From NCBI RefSeq assembly GCF_009914755.1, contig NC_060927.1: a DNA stretch of 64,000 nt. The stretch is one strand, 5' to 3'. The DNA is from the human T2T-CHM13v2.0 reference genome, Homo sapiens. A model generated the notes under the pieces. It did not search any database and had not been told where the DNA came from. It worked only from the letters and a program-made list of their open reading frames with translations. Below, piece after piece: positions 18,894 through 37,492 of the stretch. The translations under genes and the position numbers were made by a program. Every line of letters starts with the position of its first letter. Positions within the stretch are counted from its first letter, which is position 1.

Positions 18894-19200
18894 GGCTGGG
18901 TGCAGTGGTTCACACCTGTAATCCCAGCACTTTGGAGGCCAAGGCGGGTGGATCACTTGAGGGCAGGAGTTCGAGACCAGCCTGGCCAACATGGTGATAC
19001 TCCGTCTTTCCTAAAAATACAAGAATTAGCCGGGTGTAGTGATGTGCTCCTGTAATCCCCACTACTCAGGAGGCTGAGGCAGGAGAATCACTTGAACCTG
19101 GGAGGCAGAGATTGCAAGGAGCCAAGATCATGACACTAGACTCCAGCCTGGATGACAGAGCCAGAGTCCATCTCAGAAAAAAAAAAAAAAATAGAGAGAA
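18894..19200 (+). mobile_element. AluS
   Basis: Full Alu; TSD-like aagggaaattc. Confidence 0.9.
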
Positions 19201-19538
19201 AAAAGAAAGAAAGAAAAGAAGGGAAATTCACTCGTATGGACTTTGTATTTCCTATAATCTGTTGGATTGGAAAGATGAATTATTAGCAGTTTTAGCTCTC
19301 CTAAAGTCACAACTTTCATGTCTGTAGAATGTCCCTTTTTATATATTCCCTTTGGAGAGGTAATCAGGTGGGAAAGCATTTAGCATCCAACTTGGTGGAT
19401 AGTCCAAAGGTTATTTTTTATTATTTAACAAGGTTCCCAGGGGAGGCAGTTGAGGGCTGCTATAGCAGCTCCAGAACCAGGCTCATTTTTTCCTCAAGTC
19501 CTGCCACCTTACAATATGTTTAGTAGTTTCATGCTTGA

Positions 19539-20065
<527 letters not shown>

Positions 20066-20458
20066 CCTCCATTTATATGTTCTAGGCTAGAGATGTATCA
20101 TATGGCCAGCTTTAGCTGAGAAAGAACTTGAGAAATCTGGGCACAGTGCCACTCTGAACAAAATTCAGTTTGGCTATAAGGAGGATGAGGAGAATAGATA
20201 TTTTGTGGGCAACTTGCAGTACTTGCCATGATATCCTTGCTAAACTGGTGGCCAGTGGATCTAAAATTCATGGATATAGTTCTGACTCGCTTACAGATGG
20301 TGTGGGGAAAAAGGAGAAAATTTAGACAAGGACAACTGAAATGATGAAAAGGAAAGAGGATTGTCTGCTGTAGCCTTCAAGGGACACTGGGCTTGGAATT
20401 CAAAGTTCTAGCTTTCTGACCTGATTCTGTAATGTACAAACTGTGTGACACTGGTTGA

Positions 20459-20687
<229 letters not shown>

Positions 20688-21316
20688 TGAGTTAACTTCT
20701 ATAAGCCTGTTACCGTTGTCTGTAAGATGGCGATGGAATGTTAGAAAGAAAGGGAGAATGGATATTGGATAAGCAAATGCAAACTTACTAATAGTTACAT
20801 CTTGCATAGAAAAACAGCCGACCTCCCTATGGCATATTCTTCATATAATCTCTTTTTTTACACCAAACATACTTTATTAGCACAAAAAAGCAGTCATAAC
20901 AAGGCACAGCAAGCAAAAACATACATTAGCAGTCAAAGGGTTAGTGTTGTATACAAATATAGCTTTTCTTTTTTGCAGCCTTGGCGATAGCCATAAAGAT
21001 GTAAAATAACATTCTGTAGCAGCAGGTAAGGAAACTATGAAGCACTCACCAGTGATACAGAGCACATTAACAAAAAGGCACAAGAATGGATTCGGCTACT
21101 TTAGTGCAAAATGTCTAGGACTGCAAATTCAGTTCAGTTATTAAGAAACAAACACTAGAACTTGATATAACTTCCAAAAGAGCTCACTCACGTAGTAGCA
21201 CATATTATTCTAAGTGACAAAAACGTGCTAAGTTATTTACAGATATAATGGCTGTACAGTACCTTTTAAATCTGCAATTTAGGTTTCTGATTTTCCATTA
21301 AGAATTAACTGCACTG

Positions 21317-21614
<298 letters not shown>

Positions 21615-22679
21615 TTAACTGCACTGAAATTCTATAAATTATACTTAAGCAATTCAGGTATGAGAGTTTACAAAAAAGAGATAAATACTGCCATCCAAAT
21701 TATTAATTACAGTTCAACAATAACCTCAATATCAGCAACCAGCAACCATTGTAGTTACTATTATCTGACTTGCTTGGGCATCTTCTAGTCTCATGTACTT
21801 CATAGTTCACAAAATCATCCTGGACATAGGAAAAGATCCAACTTTTATGAAACAATTAGACTGTACATCAACTGAAAAAAAATCACACGCAAGACTGCAT
21901 TGCAACAGGTATTTCAAATGCCTGTTTTAAGTTAAAGCACTCATTAAAAAAAAAAAACCTAGGGCCTTTCAATAAAATTCTACTACTAGCTTTGTAAGTC
22001 TGAAATTTTAAGAATGGCTATTTAGAAAATCTGGTTTACTTAACAGTACCTTTTGCAGAAGAGAAAAGGCGTCTGATTATAAACTACATCAACAGTTAAG
22101 TGAACTGCACTATGCCCTTGTGGCCAGAAAATTGCATTTTTTTCTAAAATGAAGGCAGTCTTTTATTTATTTATTTTTTCGACTTCCAAAGCTTGATTTA
22201 TAGTAAATACAAACATCATTACGTTTGGAAGATTGTAGAAAAACTCTTAGAAAAAATAATTTCAAACATTAGTCACACTGTTGAAATACTCATTCAATAT
22301 TAATAATTTGTTCCTCAGTAAGAAATAGAATTCTTCATAACAAATGCCCCAGTGTTGCCTCACTCAAATACTACAGCCATTAAAAACCAAATTGTTAGTG
22401 AAATCGGCAAAATGTGTTTGTAGTCTTACTGAACACCTGTAGCTCTATCCTCTGTTGTTCCAATAGGCACCATGTTTATCTGAACAAATAACAGTAGGTC
22501 GCATCTGACAGACACTAACACTAAGCTTACATACTGTATGAAAAAGCCTAACACTGCTACGTGTGTTTGCTGTAGGTGTACTGCCTGATGCACATGAAAG
22601 CGGACCTAGTTAACACCCTTTGGGGACAGGAGAGTTTACTCTGCCTTGACTGGTTCTCGTTCTAACCAGCAAACTCTAA

Positions 22680-23010
<331 letters not shown>

Positions 23011-25084
23011 TATAATGATACTTTTTTAAAAAGTCCTGTAACATTGAGGGTAGAGGGAGCCCATCAATTCCATCATACGTAGTGCATCTGCAGATTACTG
23101 TGCGACAGATATACCGCAGGCTAAAAGGAAAAGTCCTATTTAGTGATATAGCAAGCAATGGTTCAAAAAAACATGCACTAACTGAGATCTTTATAATGTT
23201 CTAAAAGTCCAGTTACCGTGGAGGAATGAAATATACACGGGTCATGGCATCGAAACTAAAGTTGTGATTCCACTGCTCAACTCGGGCATGCAGGGATCTA
23301 TTGTAGAGGCGGAAACTCACAGAGTTTCCGGTAGTCCTCTTGTGCAGAGTCCCTGAGCAAAAACGTGCCTTCAGGTTTCCCTTCAAGAAGGGCTTCTGCT
23401 TCATAACGGTCCACCACTCCCCAGTAACAGGGATTCCCTGTAATTTGAAGCAAATCAGGCACGAGACCTATATGTAATCAATCTGTGTGTGGACTTTCCA
23501 AGCTCCTTGTCTGCTAACATGGGTATGGCTGTCTCCAGATATCTGACGCTGCTTCTACCTCCGTGATTGCAAACACAGGGTGGTTGTATCCTCTTCCGAG
23601 TCACAATTAACTTGTGGAATTGCAGAACTGTCCCCACTTATTTCAGTCATTCCGGGAGCTAACTTTGGTCCCAGTTTATATAATGGATTAACCTGTGCAG
23701 TAGCTTCAAATGTATGTACTTGTGCACTGGGCGGGGGATCAACCCCTTCTTCAATACTAAGCCGTCTTGTCTTTCTAAGCCTAACTTCTTCGTCTTCTGT
23801 AGAAACCAAAGATGGATCAAGTGTATCAAAAAATGTTGAATGTGGGCTCACAGGAGCTGTATGCTGTTTAATCAAATGCCATTTTTGGGCTAAATCTGAG
23901 CCAGCAGGAAAAGGGCATTTCTCAAGCATTAATTCAGAAAGATGGATTTTTCTTTTATTGGAAGAGAGAGGCTTTGACTGCTTGCTGTAAGTTCTCATGG
24001 GAAAACACAAGCCCACAGTATCCTGCAACGTCTTTCTCAGAGAGCGACTTCCTACAGTTCTGCTGGACACACTGTCCATGTCGTGTACAGAACTTACACC
24101 ATAGCGCCTCTCTCTCCTTTGAAGTCCACTTCGAGTTCTAACAAACATTTGATCAGTATCCAATGAACTCTAGGTCTTAGTAGAACAGGAATGTTTTTTC
24201 CTCGCACCCCATGGAGCATGTCGAGAGTAGGAATCTCTTCGTGCAACTCTTGTTCCTGGGGTAACACAAGAATCATTATCCTTTTCGATGCTTATTTCAA
24301 CAATTTGAGGAATTTCGGTGGCACAATTTTGATTTCTCTTTGAAGAATTATTTGAAGGGCTTAATCCCAGTTGTAAGGCAACATCTTCTCTTAAGGGACG
24401 GTTTTGGTGCTGAGGAGTTGAGTCTCCTATGCTGATGTTTTTCTCTTTGACAGACAGACATTTGTCGGAGTTCATGTTAACATTTTCACTACAGCTTCCT
24501 CCTTCATGACCGAAGAGATTCTGACACCTGTACTTGAAGTTATTCCACATTTTCCCCACTTTATCCATTGTTTATAAAATCATCGGGGGCGCACGGGGCA
24601 GCCTCATCCAGGACACCTAAGGCCAGGCAGGACGGGCCTGGACGGCGCAGTCACCTACAGGGCGAGTCCACCCACCCTCTGGTGCGTCCCGTCCCCTCCG
24701 ACTGCCCAGCGAGCGCAGCCTCGCTTCCTCCGGACTGAGCCTGGGGACCCCAGCTCCACCGGATGCCCCCACCAGGCCCCTACCACCTTCCCTGGTGCCT
24801 CCCCCTCTGCACCGGTTTCCCCTTCCCTCTCCTCTCAACCCGTCCCCGACCCCGCCGCCCAGAATGGAAAATACCTTCATATAATCTCTTTTGGTGGGGG
24901 TCAGGTAAATATAATTTAGAAGGAGTTTCTATTTCTCACAGGGAAGCAACATTCATCTCTGGAATGTACACTTTAGGTAATCTGGGGGAAGAAAGATAAT
25001 TTTCCAGCAGTTTTAGCTCTCAAACAAGCAGTATACATCTATGTGGAGTAACTATTTCCTGTAACTTGTTGGAAGTTGATGGTG

Positions 25085-25450
25085 ACCTAGTCATTCATCA
25101 AATACTGATTGAATGCCTAGTATGTCAGCCATGCTCTAGGTGCTAGGGATATAGTATGAATGAAACAGAGAAGGCCCCTGCCTTCATACAGCTTACATTC
25201 TACCAAGGGAGATAACAATTGGATAGAGTGAGCCAAAGAAATGGGAATATGCCAGCTACGTGGTACATCCTTTCAGATGTGCAGAGAGCTTGCTTTCTGG
25301 ATTTAATCTATGGTATCCTCATTTTTCAGTTTATCAAAAATGCCAATAATCTAAATTTCACCTGTTTCTGATTAACGAATTCAACAAGTATTTATTGAAT
25401 GCCTTCTCTACCAATCATTGTGCTAAACATTGAGATATAATGATAAATAA
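25085..25450 (-). mobile_element. L2 3'-end fragments
   Basis: cattcatcaaatactgattgaatgcctagtatgtcagc..., ttcaacaagtatttattgaatgcc. Confidence 0.6.
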
Positions 25451-26259
25451 TAGCTCCATATAGCTGATTAGAGTTGTATAAAAATGAACTGATTGGGTCT
25501 TTCACAGTTGTCCTTGGGTGGGATGCTACTTGTGTGTATCTTCCTAACAATATCTACGAAAGAAATACAAGTGTATGCATTTAGGGGGGCACTGAATAGA
25601 AGGCTAGCTAGAGCTAGAATAACTAATAGTGATATGTGAGTGTAAAGACCCATAAGGGCAACAGTCTAGGTGGTCAAGTGAGAATTGGCATTGGGATTTG
25701 AAGAACCAGGATAAATTGGATAGCTGAGGTTAGGGAGAGCAGGTAGAAGGAAGGGAGAGTATTCCAAAGGGAAAATCCTGGGAAAAAGATCTAGAGTCAG
25801 GAAGAGGCAAGGGATTTCAGGGGGCCAATGGGAATTCAGTAACTTTAGAGCAGAATGTATATGATAGCCAAATAAGAGATGTTGATATTGAGGTCAGTTT
25901 GTGTGGGCCTAGATTGGGAGTTTGTCCTTTATTCTAACATAACAGGGGATCACTCAAGGTTCTTAATAGAGACTATTTTAAGCAGGTAGAATATACTAGT
26001 TTCTTGTTGAGATGGCCCATTCCGGCTCCTACCCAGCATCCTTTCCATCCCTAACGTCTCCCTCTACAGTTTTCCTGAGGGTTGAGGTAGCCACTGTGTT
26101 TCAGGCCAAGATAGTTGTTAATGGGATATCAGGAACGCGACTGGGCTTGACGGGAAGCAAGGCTGGAGTTACAGGCTGGGCTTGGCGGGAAACAAAGCTG
26201 GAGTTACAGGCTGGGTTTGGAGGGAATGCCTTCTTCTAGGGTCCCATAGAGATGTTCCT

Positions 26260-26680
26260 CCCGCTTCCTAGAGAATCAGAGAATGGATGCGCGAGCTCGC
26301 TGCTGACGCACTACCGGCCGCGCCACCATTCTTCCGGTTTCAGAAGTTAAGGCTGGTGTCCTGGCCGCAGTCCACCTCTGGGAGCGCCTGCGCCGCTCCG
26401 CGGAGAGTCCGTGGATCTCACAGTGAGCGAGTTGGGACCCAGGGAGGGGAAAAGAGAGGACCCCGGCGAGCCATTGCTGGGGCGGCGGGCTGGAGGGTTA
26501 TCTGGGAAGTCAGCCCCGGCCTCGGTCCTCTCCACGTTGCTGCCTACGCGTGCTGCCCGGACGTAGGGCACTCCTAGCGGCTCGGCCCGCCCAGCCTGCA
26601 GCCTCAGCACTGCAGACTCCAAGGCCCAGCACAGTGCCCGGCACAGAGGAGATGCCTAGGAAAATGGCGGAGTGAATGAA
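26260..26680 (+). promoter_or_regulatory. ZNF502: CpG-island promoter and non-coding exon 1 of ZNF502
   Basis: CpG-dense; ETS core cttccggt near 26331; candidate donor ca|gtgagc at 26422/26423; YY1-type AAAATGGCGG at 26661-26670. Confidence 0.8.
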
Positions 26681-27149
26681 TGAATGAGTGAATGAGTGAT
26701 GGATAGATGATCAAGACAGACCTAGGACCCATGTCAGGAAACGAGGTCCTGGGGATCAGATACCAGTTTCTTCCCCCGGCTGATCCTGTAGCTCCGAAAC
26801 TTGTTTAGAGCCTGTTTTTATAGGAGACGGCAAATAGCGTAAAGTGCACTCGTTGGGAGTCTTGAGACCTGAGTTACAATTCTGGAGGGTACAGAAATCT
26901 CTAAAGTACTGTCTAGAAGTCTGTTCCTTGCTTCTTCACAAAGCTCAGTTGACAGCTTGTATGTGATAGCATGTATGCAAACCTTAATGCCTCCCAATGA
27001 AGGATTACTATCCATTATATGCCAAACATTACCCCGAATTTAGTGGCTAGGCTACAAAAGAGTGACATCGGAGACTGCCACATGTAAAGATGCTTCCAGT
27101 CTTGTTTAGGACGATAAGGGCATAAGCAGATTTTGGTGGTAATATTTTA

Positions 27150-27630
<481 letters not shown>

Positions 27631-28069
27631 TAAGTGACCCAAGGCTGCATAAGAGATAAAGTGTACTGCCACAGCTTGGGTGAGTGCACTGTTTGGTGCC
27701 AAAATGCAGACCAAGAAGGGCTTCAGAGAGGAGTACATTTCAATGTGGTCTCGTTGGAGGGATTGTTAAAAATTCTTGAAAAACTTCATCTAGCTTGCTT
27801 AGATTCTTTTAGCTAATTATTGAGGGGTAAGGAGGTGGCATCTGGGGAAAAGCTTACAAGGTAGAGGGAGGAAGCCAGCTCTCTAATAGGTTAGCAGGAT
27901 AGGGCTATTAAGAGCCTGTTTCCTTTTTACCTTTCACCATAATACTCAGCTTTCCCCAGATCTGCAGAGGGATCTTTTTAGCATCTTAAAATCACTAACA
28001 GCCAGATTATTCCACAATAGGCATTTGTAGAAGCACCTGTACATTACTTTCTGGGCAACTTATAGACCT

Positions 28070-28272
28070 AGGAGTCAGCAAATATGGACCAAATTTGGTC
28101 TGCCACTTTTTTTGGTAAAACTGTTTTATTAAAACACAGGCAAGCTCATTCAGTACATATTGTCTGTTTCTGTTTTCAGACTACAAAGGCAAAGTTGAAT
28201 AGTTGAGACAGAGACTATATTTTCCATTTAACCCATTAAACCTAAAAAAAATTGCTTTCTGGCCTGTTACAG
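28070..28272. mobile_element. MER58-like hAT MITE
   Basis: ggagtcagcaaa ... ggcaaagttgaatagttgagacagagac ... tttgctgacccttg. Confidence 0.65.
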
Positions 28273-29869
28273 AAAATGTTTGCTGACCCTTGACATTGAC
28301 AAACTGCTGACAGCTCAGATGATCCATGATTGGAAGGATGTGGTCATCACCAAGATGTCTTTCTTTCTCCGTAGGTTTTAGTATCAACCATAATAGCATC
28401 TAACCCCTGTTGAGTGCCTGCCATCGAGTAGATATCTTTTTGAATGCTTTATGTGAATTAACTCATCAAGGATTCACAGATTATCAGAGCTGGAATGACC
28501 CGTAAATATTGTCTAATTTGTCACCCTTTTCAGATAAATAGCCTGTCATGTAGGCCCACTCACATGGGCTATTGGCAGAGCAAACTTTCCTGAGTCCCAA
28601 TCCAGTCTACTATCATCTTGTGAATGGGAGGCCAATACCATAGCCATTGGATCTGGCATTTTGTTTTTGTTTTTGTTTCTGGGTTTTTAAAAAGTAACTT
28701 TTTCTACCTATAAAAGTAATATATGTTTATTGAAGGAGAAGTAAAAATATAGAAGAGTATAAAGGACAAACTAAAGTGACCCATTAACTGACCTAGAGAT
28801 AAATGTGTTAATATTTTGGTGGGTTTTCTTTATGTCTTTTTTAAATGTGTGTGTTTTATCTGTTTATTAACAATAGTTTCTGTTTATTGAGTGCTTAATG
28901 CCAGTATATGTGTGCATATTTCTTGTTTTTTAGTGTTTTGTATCTTCCTGTTTTAACATATTATATTTTCTCATGAATATTCTTTGAAATTATGATTTTT
29001 GATACCTTCATAAGCTATCTTTGCTAGTCTATCAATGTTTATTTGCCTGTTTATTTAACAATTGTAGTAATAGTGTGATCTTTGTACATAAATCTCTGGC
29101 CATCTCTGATTATGCTTTTTCACTTTTTCTTTGATTACAGAAGTTAGTTATTCCTATGGGAAAATTTTCAAACATTACAAAAAGATAGGCCTTAAGGCAA
29201 AAGTTTACCATAATTTTATTCTTCAGATATGATCACAATAAATAATTTGTTATATATTCTTATAGATTTGTTTTTTTTTTAAAGTGGAGCAAAATATAGA
29301 TAATAGAGGACATTTGAGGAAATTATTCACAATTCATTATTTTACCACAGTGATGATTATTTTTCCTTCTTGATCTTATTCAGATGTATTTTTAATTTTT
29401 AATTTTTGAGAGGGATCTCACTCTGTCACCCAGGTTGGAATGCAATGGTGCTATCACAGCTCACTGCGACCTCTACCTCCCATGTTCAAGTGATCCTTCC
29501 ACCTCAGCCTCCTGAGTAGCTGAAACCACAAGCACGACACATGTATATTTTAACAAACATATATTTTACATTATATTACTACTTGAAATTTTACTATACT
29601 GGATTTTTTCAACATATGGCATAAATATTTTTCCCAATAAACACATATTTTCATTTTTAATGATCTTAATGCCTAAATAATTTTCACCAACTAGAAGTAC
29701 CATAATTTGCTAATCCTCAGTGTCCACCAGTAGAAAAACTTTTATTTCCATGTACATTTCAGGGGATATTTTTACAAGTAACAGAAGAATTCTGTTTCTC
29801 TTCTCTCTGGAAATTTACTTCTTTCTGAGAAAATTCTATTTGTAGAATTACTAGGTCAAAGAATATAGT

Positions 29870-30238
<369 letters not shown>

Positions 30239-31019
30239 TGAGCATTCTGTTCTGAATTCCTGTATCCACAAAATGTTGATCACAGCATCCTAACTATAAC
30301 TGAAGCTACAACTTTCACACCTGATGTATATTGCCAGATTAGCTCCAGAAAGATGGTACCAACTTACATTCGCACCGGTATGTGAGAAACTCCCTGTACC
30401 TTTGTGAATCTTGAGTGTAGCATTAAAGATAGATTTTCCAGTTTGATGTAAAAATTGATTCTTCATTCTTTCAGTTTCCATTTCCTTGTTTACCATAAAG
30501 ATGGAACATTGTTTTGATATGTTTACTGGCCTGTTGTAATTCTTGGTGTATTTTTTGTATTTTCCATTTTTCTCTCAGTTCATCTTTTTTTCTTACTCAT
30601 TTGTAAGAAGTCTTTATTAGGTCTGTCTATCCCTTGATATATAACTGAAAAATACTTTTTTAAAGCTTGTTTTTCTTCATTTTCTTTGTATTTTGGATAT
30701 ACAGAGTATTGTTTTTATGTGGTCAGATTTATCAATTTTTGTCCTATCCATTTTGCATCATGCTTGAAAGTGCTAACCCTAGAATGAATTATTGGTCATA
30801 CTTTATTTTGTGGTTTTACTTTTTTTATTTAACCCTTTAATTGGTTTGGGTTTATTTTGGTGTGTGGCATGATATAGTAATCGCACTTTTTTTTCCAGGT
30901 AGTTAGCAATGGTGCCAACTTGATTTATGAATTATCTATCTTTTTGTGATTAGAAATGCTGCTTTTATCATATATTAAATTATTTTTATTTACATCTCTT
31001 AGAGGATTAGAGATATTTT

Positions 31020-31632
<613 letters not shown>

Positions 31633-32573
31633 GGATTAGAGATCTTTTAAGTGTTTAGACTCACTGTTGGAGTTTTCCTAGCCACATTGCTTTAAAGATT
31701 TTATCTGTTACTCCTGTGATTTCAAGTACTTTTTTTATGTCTAAAACTCTTCAGGCCACACCTCTCTCCTCTCTTTCAGCTGTGTATGCCCTGTTCTACT
31801 TTCTGTTTGGATATTTGAGACTAAAGATAACTTATTCCTTTCCAGACCAGTGTACCAGTGTCACTAAAGATCACTGTCATCTCCCAAAACTGCCTAATTA
31901 TCCTTGACATCTCCCTCTCTCACCCTTCCCACCAATATTCATTCATTCTGGTTGAACCTTTCTCTTAATCCAGTCCCCATACTGGACTACTGAAATAGCC
32001 TCACAAGGGATCTTCAAGCCTTCACCTTGCCCTCCCACTCCTCACCACTACGCAGATTATCTGTTGCTGTAGACAGAGGAATATGTTTCCTTAAAACAGT
32101 GGATCTAATCATGTCATGTATTCTATCAAACTGTTTCAAATCCTTATTATGGCTTTCTCTTCACTTTAGGGTAAAGTCCTTAAAATGTTTTTTAGGGTTC
32201 TGTTTGAACTGGCTTGCCTCAGGCTTTTATGTCTCATTTCTGGTGTTTAATACTTGGGCATTACTATGTTTCCTTTATTCCTCCAAAGTACTGAGCTTGA
32301 TTCCTTTTGTATGTTCATTTTGTCTCTCTTCTTTTCCCTTTCACACGTCTAAAGGGGACCCAGACTATATTAGGTCCCCTGTGCTTTACATTCTGTAGCA
32401 CCCCATACTTGCAGTTTTGTAACTCCCATATTTGAAATGATTCATTTAATGTCTTTGTCCAGCTATGACACAAGTTGGAGCCAGATAGGGTGTCTGGCTT
32501 CTTTTTCCAGCGTCTAGCACTGATTAGTCACCCAAATGCAACTCTGCTTGCATGAGTCTCTGAGTCTCTGTAG

Positions 32574-32971
<398 letters not shown>

Positions 32972-33941
32972 TAAAACTCAATGCAGAAGCACAGACTTCA
33001 CTAAGAAGTCCACAAGACCAAGCTTATTATGTACTTGAGCAGACTTATTTTATTCTTTCATGTCTTCCAAGTTCTTGACTCTGGTAAAATCATATCTGGA
33101 TCTTCCCTTTTTCCTTGAATAATGCTGCCAGTTCTGCTTCTCACTTCAAGGTTAAATGGAGAGATATTTTTGAGTGAACAGTTTTGGTATTGATATTTTT
33201 AAGAAGCAGCATTTACAGAAACTGGTATTTTTGCAACTTTTTTGTAAGTCAAAACTTATTTCACAGTTAAATTTATTTCTGTTTCTTTTTAACTGCAGCC
33301 TGTTCTCTGACACTGAGCTATACCTGAAGAAAAACTGTTTAATTGATATGACATCTTGAAGAAGGGACAATCAGTGTGTCTCTAGTTTGTATCAAGTAGA
33401 TAGCATTCCCTAACACTATCTCAGCTCCTTGGCATTTGGTAGAAGTGGGTAAATCAGACTTAATGCACAAGCTTTGCTATGAGGACATTTTGCTATACAA
33501 CTTTTAACTATATTAACTGGCTTTTCATATAGATTATTGTATGATGGCCAGAGTGTACTAATTGATGTGAATATTCCTATTCGTTTAATCTTTATAATTA
33601 TAAAAAGGTAATGAATAACATTCTGATTTACTTATCAAGTGCTTAAATATTTGATAGTATGTTAGTCTGATGTTACCACTTCTTGAACAGCTGGCAAATG
33701 GGGTGTGAACCTAGGAGGCTACAAGCCAATGCTGATTTTTGCGGATGCTTCCACATTGTTATCCTGAGAGTTATTGTGTGTGTTATTAGATAGTGTCCCT
33801 AGGCAACAGCTCTTTGTTTTCGTTCTGTTTACTGGGACAGTAATATTCCCTCCCTCCCTGCACCTTTTCTCCCCATGAGCAGGGTTCCCAGTTTTCCAGA
33901 CCTGAAGTGTTTTCCAATCAAAGCGAAGAGACGATCTGTGG

Positions 33942-33996
33942 ATGTTGAATATGCAAGGAGCTGAAGAGAGAGACATTAGAAGAGAGACTTGTCCAG
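33942..33996 (+). CDS. ZNF502: ZNF502 first coding exon (MLNMQGAEERDIRRETCP-G); exon probably starts at 33883
   Basis: ATG at 33942 and strong donor CAG|gtgagt at 33996/33997. Phase 1 matches the next exon, and the spliced CDS is 55+1580=1635 nt (544 aa + stop). Confidence 0.9.
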
Positions 33997-34455
33997 GTGA
34001 GTGAGCAAGGGACAAGCAGTGGGAGAAATAGTCAGCCAATAGGAAGCCTTTGGAAATTTTAGAGGACAAGCTGGGTGAGGCTCAGGAGATAAAATAACTG
34101 TCTCTTATAGGGATGTTGGGGACAGGGGTGGGTGAACATGTCTGGGGCCAACTTTTCCCCAGTACTAATTTTATCATTCTCATTTCTAGCATTTTCCTGT
34201 TTACATTCTCCCACTCTCCACTCTGGATACAAACCATTCATGTTTCCTGTCTTGCCCTAATCTCAGCCTGTGTGTTGGGTGTTGTTTTTCATTTATCTCC
34301 ATTGTCTCATTCTCTTGCTCCTTGGGTGTCTGTAGCTACCCCTTCCATGGGAGTTCCTCGTTAATGGTGATCACATTACCCTAATGCATATCTCTTCTAC
34401 CAGTTACAACTCTAACTTACTTGCCACACTTGCTGTTACTGGCCCTTCATCATAG

Positions 34456-36132
<1,677 letters not shown>

Positions 36133-37486
36133 TGCTGCCATTTAGGTTATGACAGTTTCTCTAGCGAGGATGACTACGAATCTGACTGGGAGTAGAGGGG
36201 CAGGTAGAGTTCCTGGAGGGAAGGATGAAGGAGCCTTGGCTACTGTACTCTGAGAGGAATGTTTCCAGAAATGGAGGTGGGAGCTTAGGGAATGCAGAGC
36301 CTACTTGAGGTGGGCATCTGGGAATACAGGGTAGAAAGAAATTCCTGCTTTTCAGATAAAGCCTACACATTGCCACTGTCTCCCCATGTGACTCTTACAG
36401 CTTGAGGAGGCATTTGTTAGCACTTCTGTTCACTTTACTACATCCTGCCCCACATTCTGACTTGTCACCCATTTTCGTTGGCTGGCAGGTTGAGATGTTT
36501 TTCTTAAACACTGCCTGTCAGTGTGAAGTGGCACAGCTCTGATGTAGTGCTAAGTCTAGCCTCCAGATTTGAGGCAGCCCTGACCATGCTACCATGGGGG
36601 AGGCTCCCAACCTGTGGAAGTGGTCCTGTGAAAAGGAGACAGAAACAAGTAAGAGCCAAAAAAAAAAAAAAAAAAAAATCCATATCCATTCATTAAAAAA
36701 ATGAGATATAAAGCAACAACTGGGCTGACCTCTATAGATCTGCCAGTAAAGAAGGCTTTCTTTCATTATCAGGGTGAAGGTCTTTCCTGATTCTTCCAAG
36801 CTTTGAGGTGACTCAGAGCTAAGAATGAAATAGGAGACCAAGTTAGAATTCATGATACTGGTTTATGGGGAGGCAGTCATACCTGTTCAGAGAACCAGGA
36901 AGACTCAATATCTATCTCAGAGGAAATATGGTTACCCAGGAAAGAAATGGTCTGCTAGAGTGATAAGACTCAGAACAGGAAGCCTGCATGTGACTGAGCA
37001 AGTCACCTACATAACCCTGCCTGTACTAAGGTGTACACCTGTCTATTGTAAGTTTGCCTAGGCTGTTGGTGTACAGAGACCAGAGGAGAGAGACACACTA
37101 GGACTAACAATGTCCTAACAAAATGGTACTTAGTTTGTTGGTCTTTAGGAGAAAGCATTAGTAATGAAAGAAGAAAGAATTTTCACTTGGTTGGACATTG
37201 GGGCTGCTTAAGAAAGTTGACATTTGTCGTGGAATGACTTTGGAAAGACTTCTAAAAGAATCTTTTTCAAATCCCTGAAAATCAGGATAGCACATTTTGC
37301 TACTGACTGTGACAGTGTTTTATTCTTTTGAGAGAAATGACATAGTTTTCCCTTTATTTCCCAAATTCCTTTCATGTTCTTAACTGCTACCCAGAAATTG
37401 AGCTTCAGAAGATTGAGGATAGCCTTTGATTGGTATTTAAAATAATTTCTAAGCTGTGAAGCTTATAGCATTTTTAAAGTATGGCT

Positions 37487-37492
37487 ATTAAA
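37487..37492 (+). terminator. ZNF502: Likely ZNF502 polyadenylation signal (ATTAAA)
   Basis: ATTAAA followed by a GT/T-rich tract at 37537-37575. Confidence 0.6.

Noticed and set aside
26287-26622. ORFs over the CpG islands (also 43029-43618 and 24617-24999)
   Set aside because: Stop-poor GC-rich sequence with no recognisable domain.
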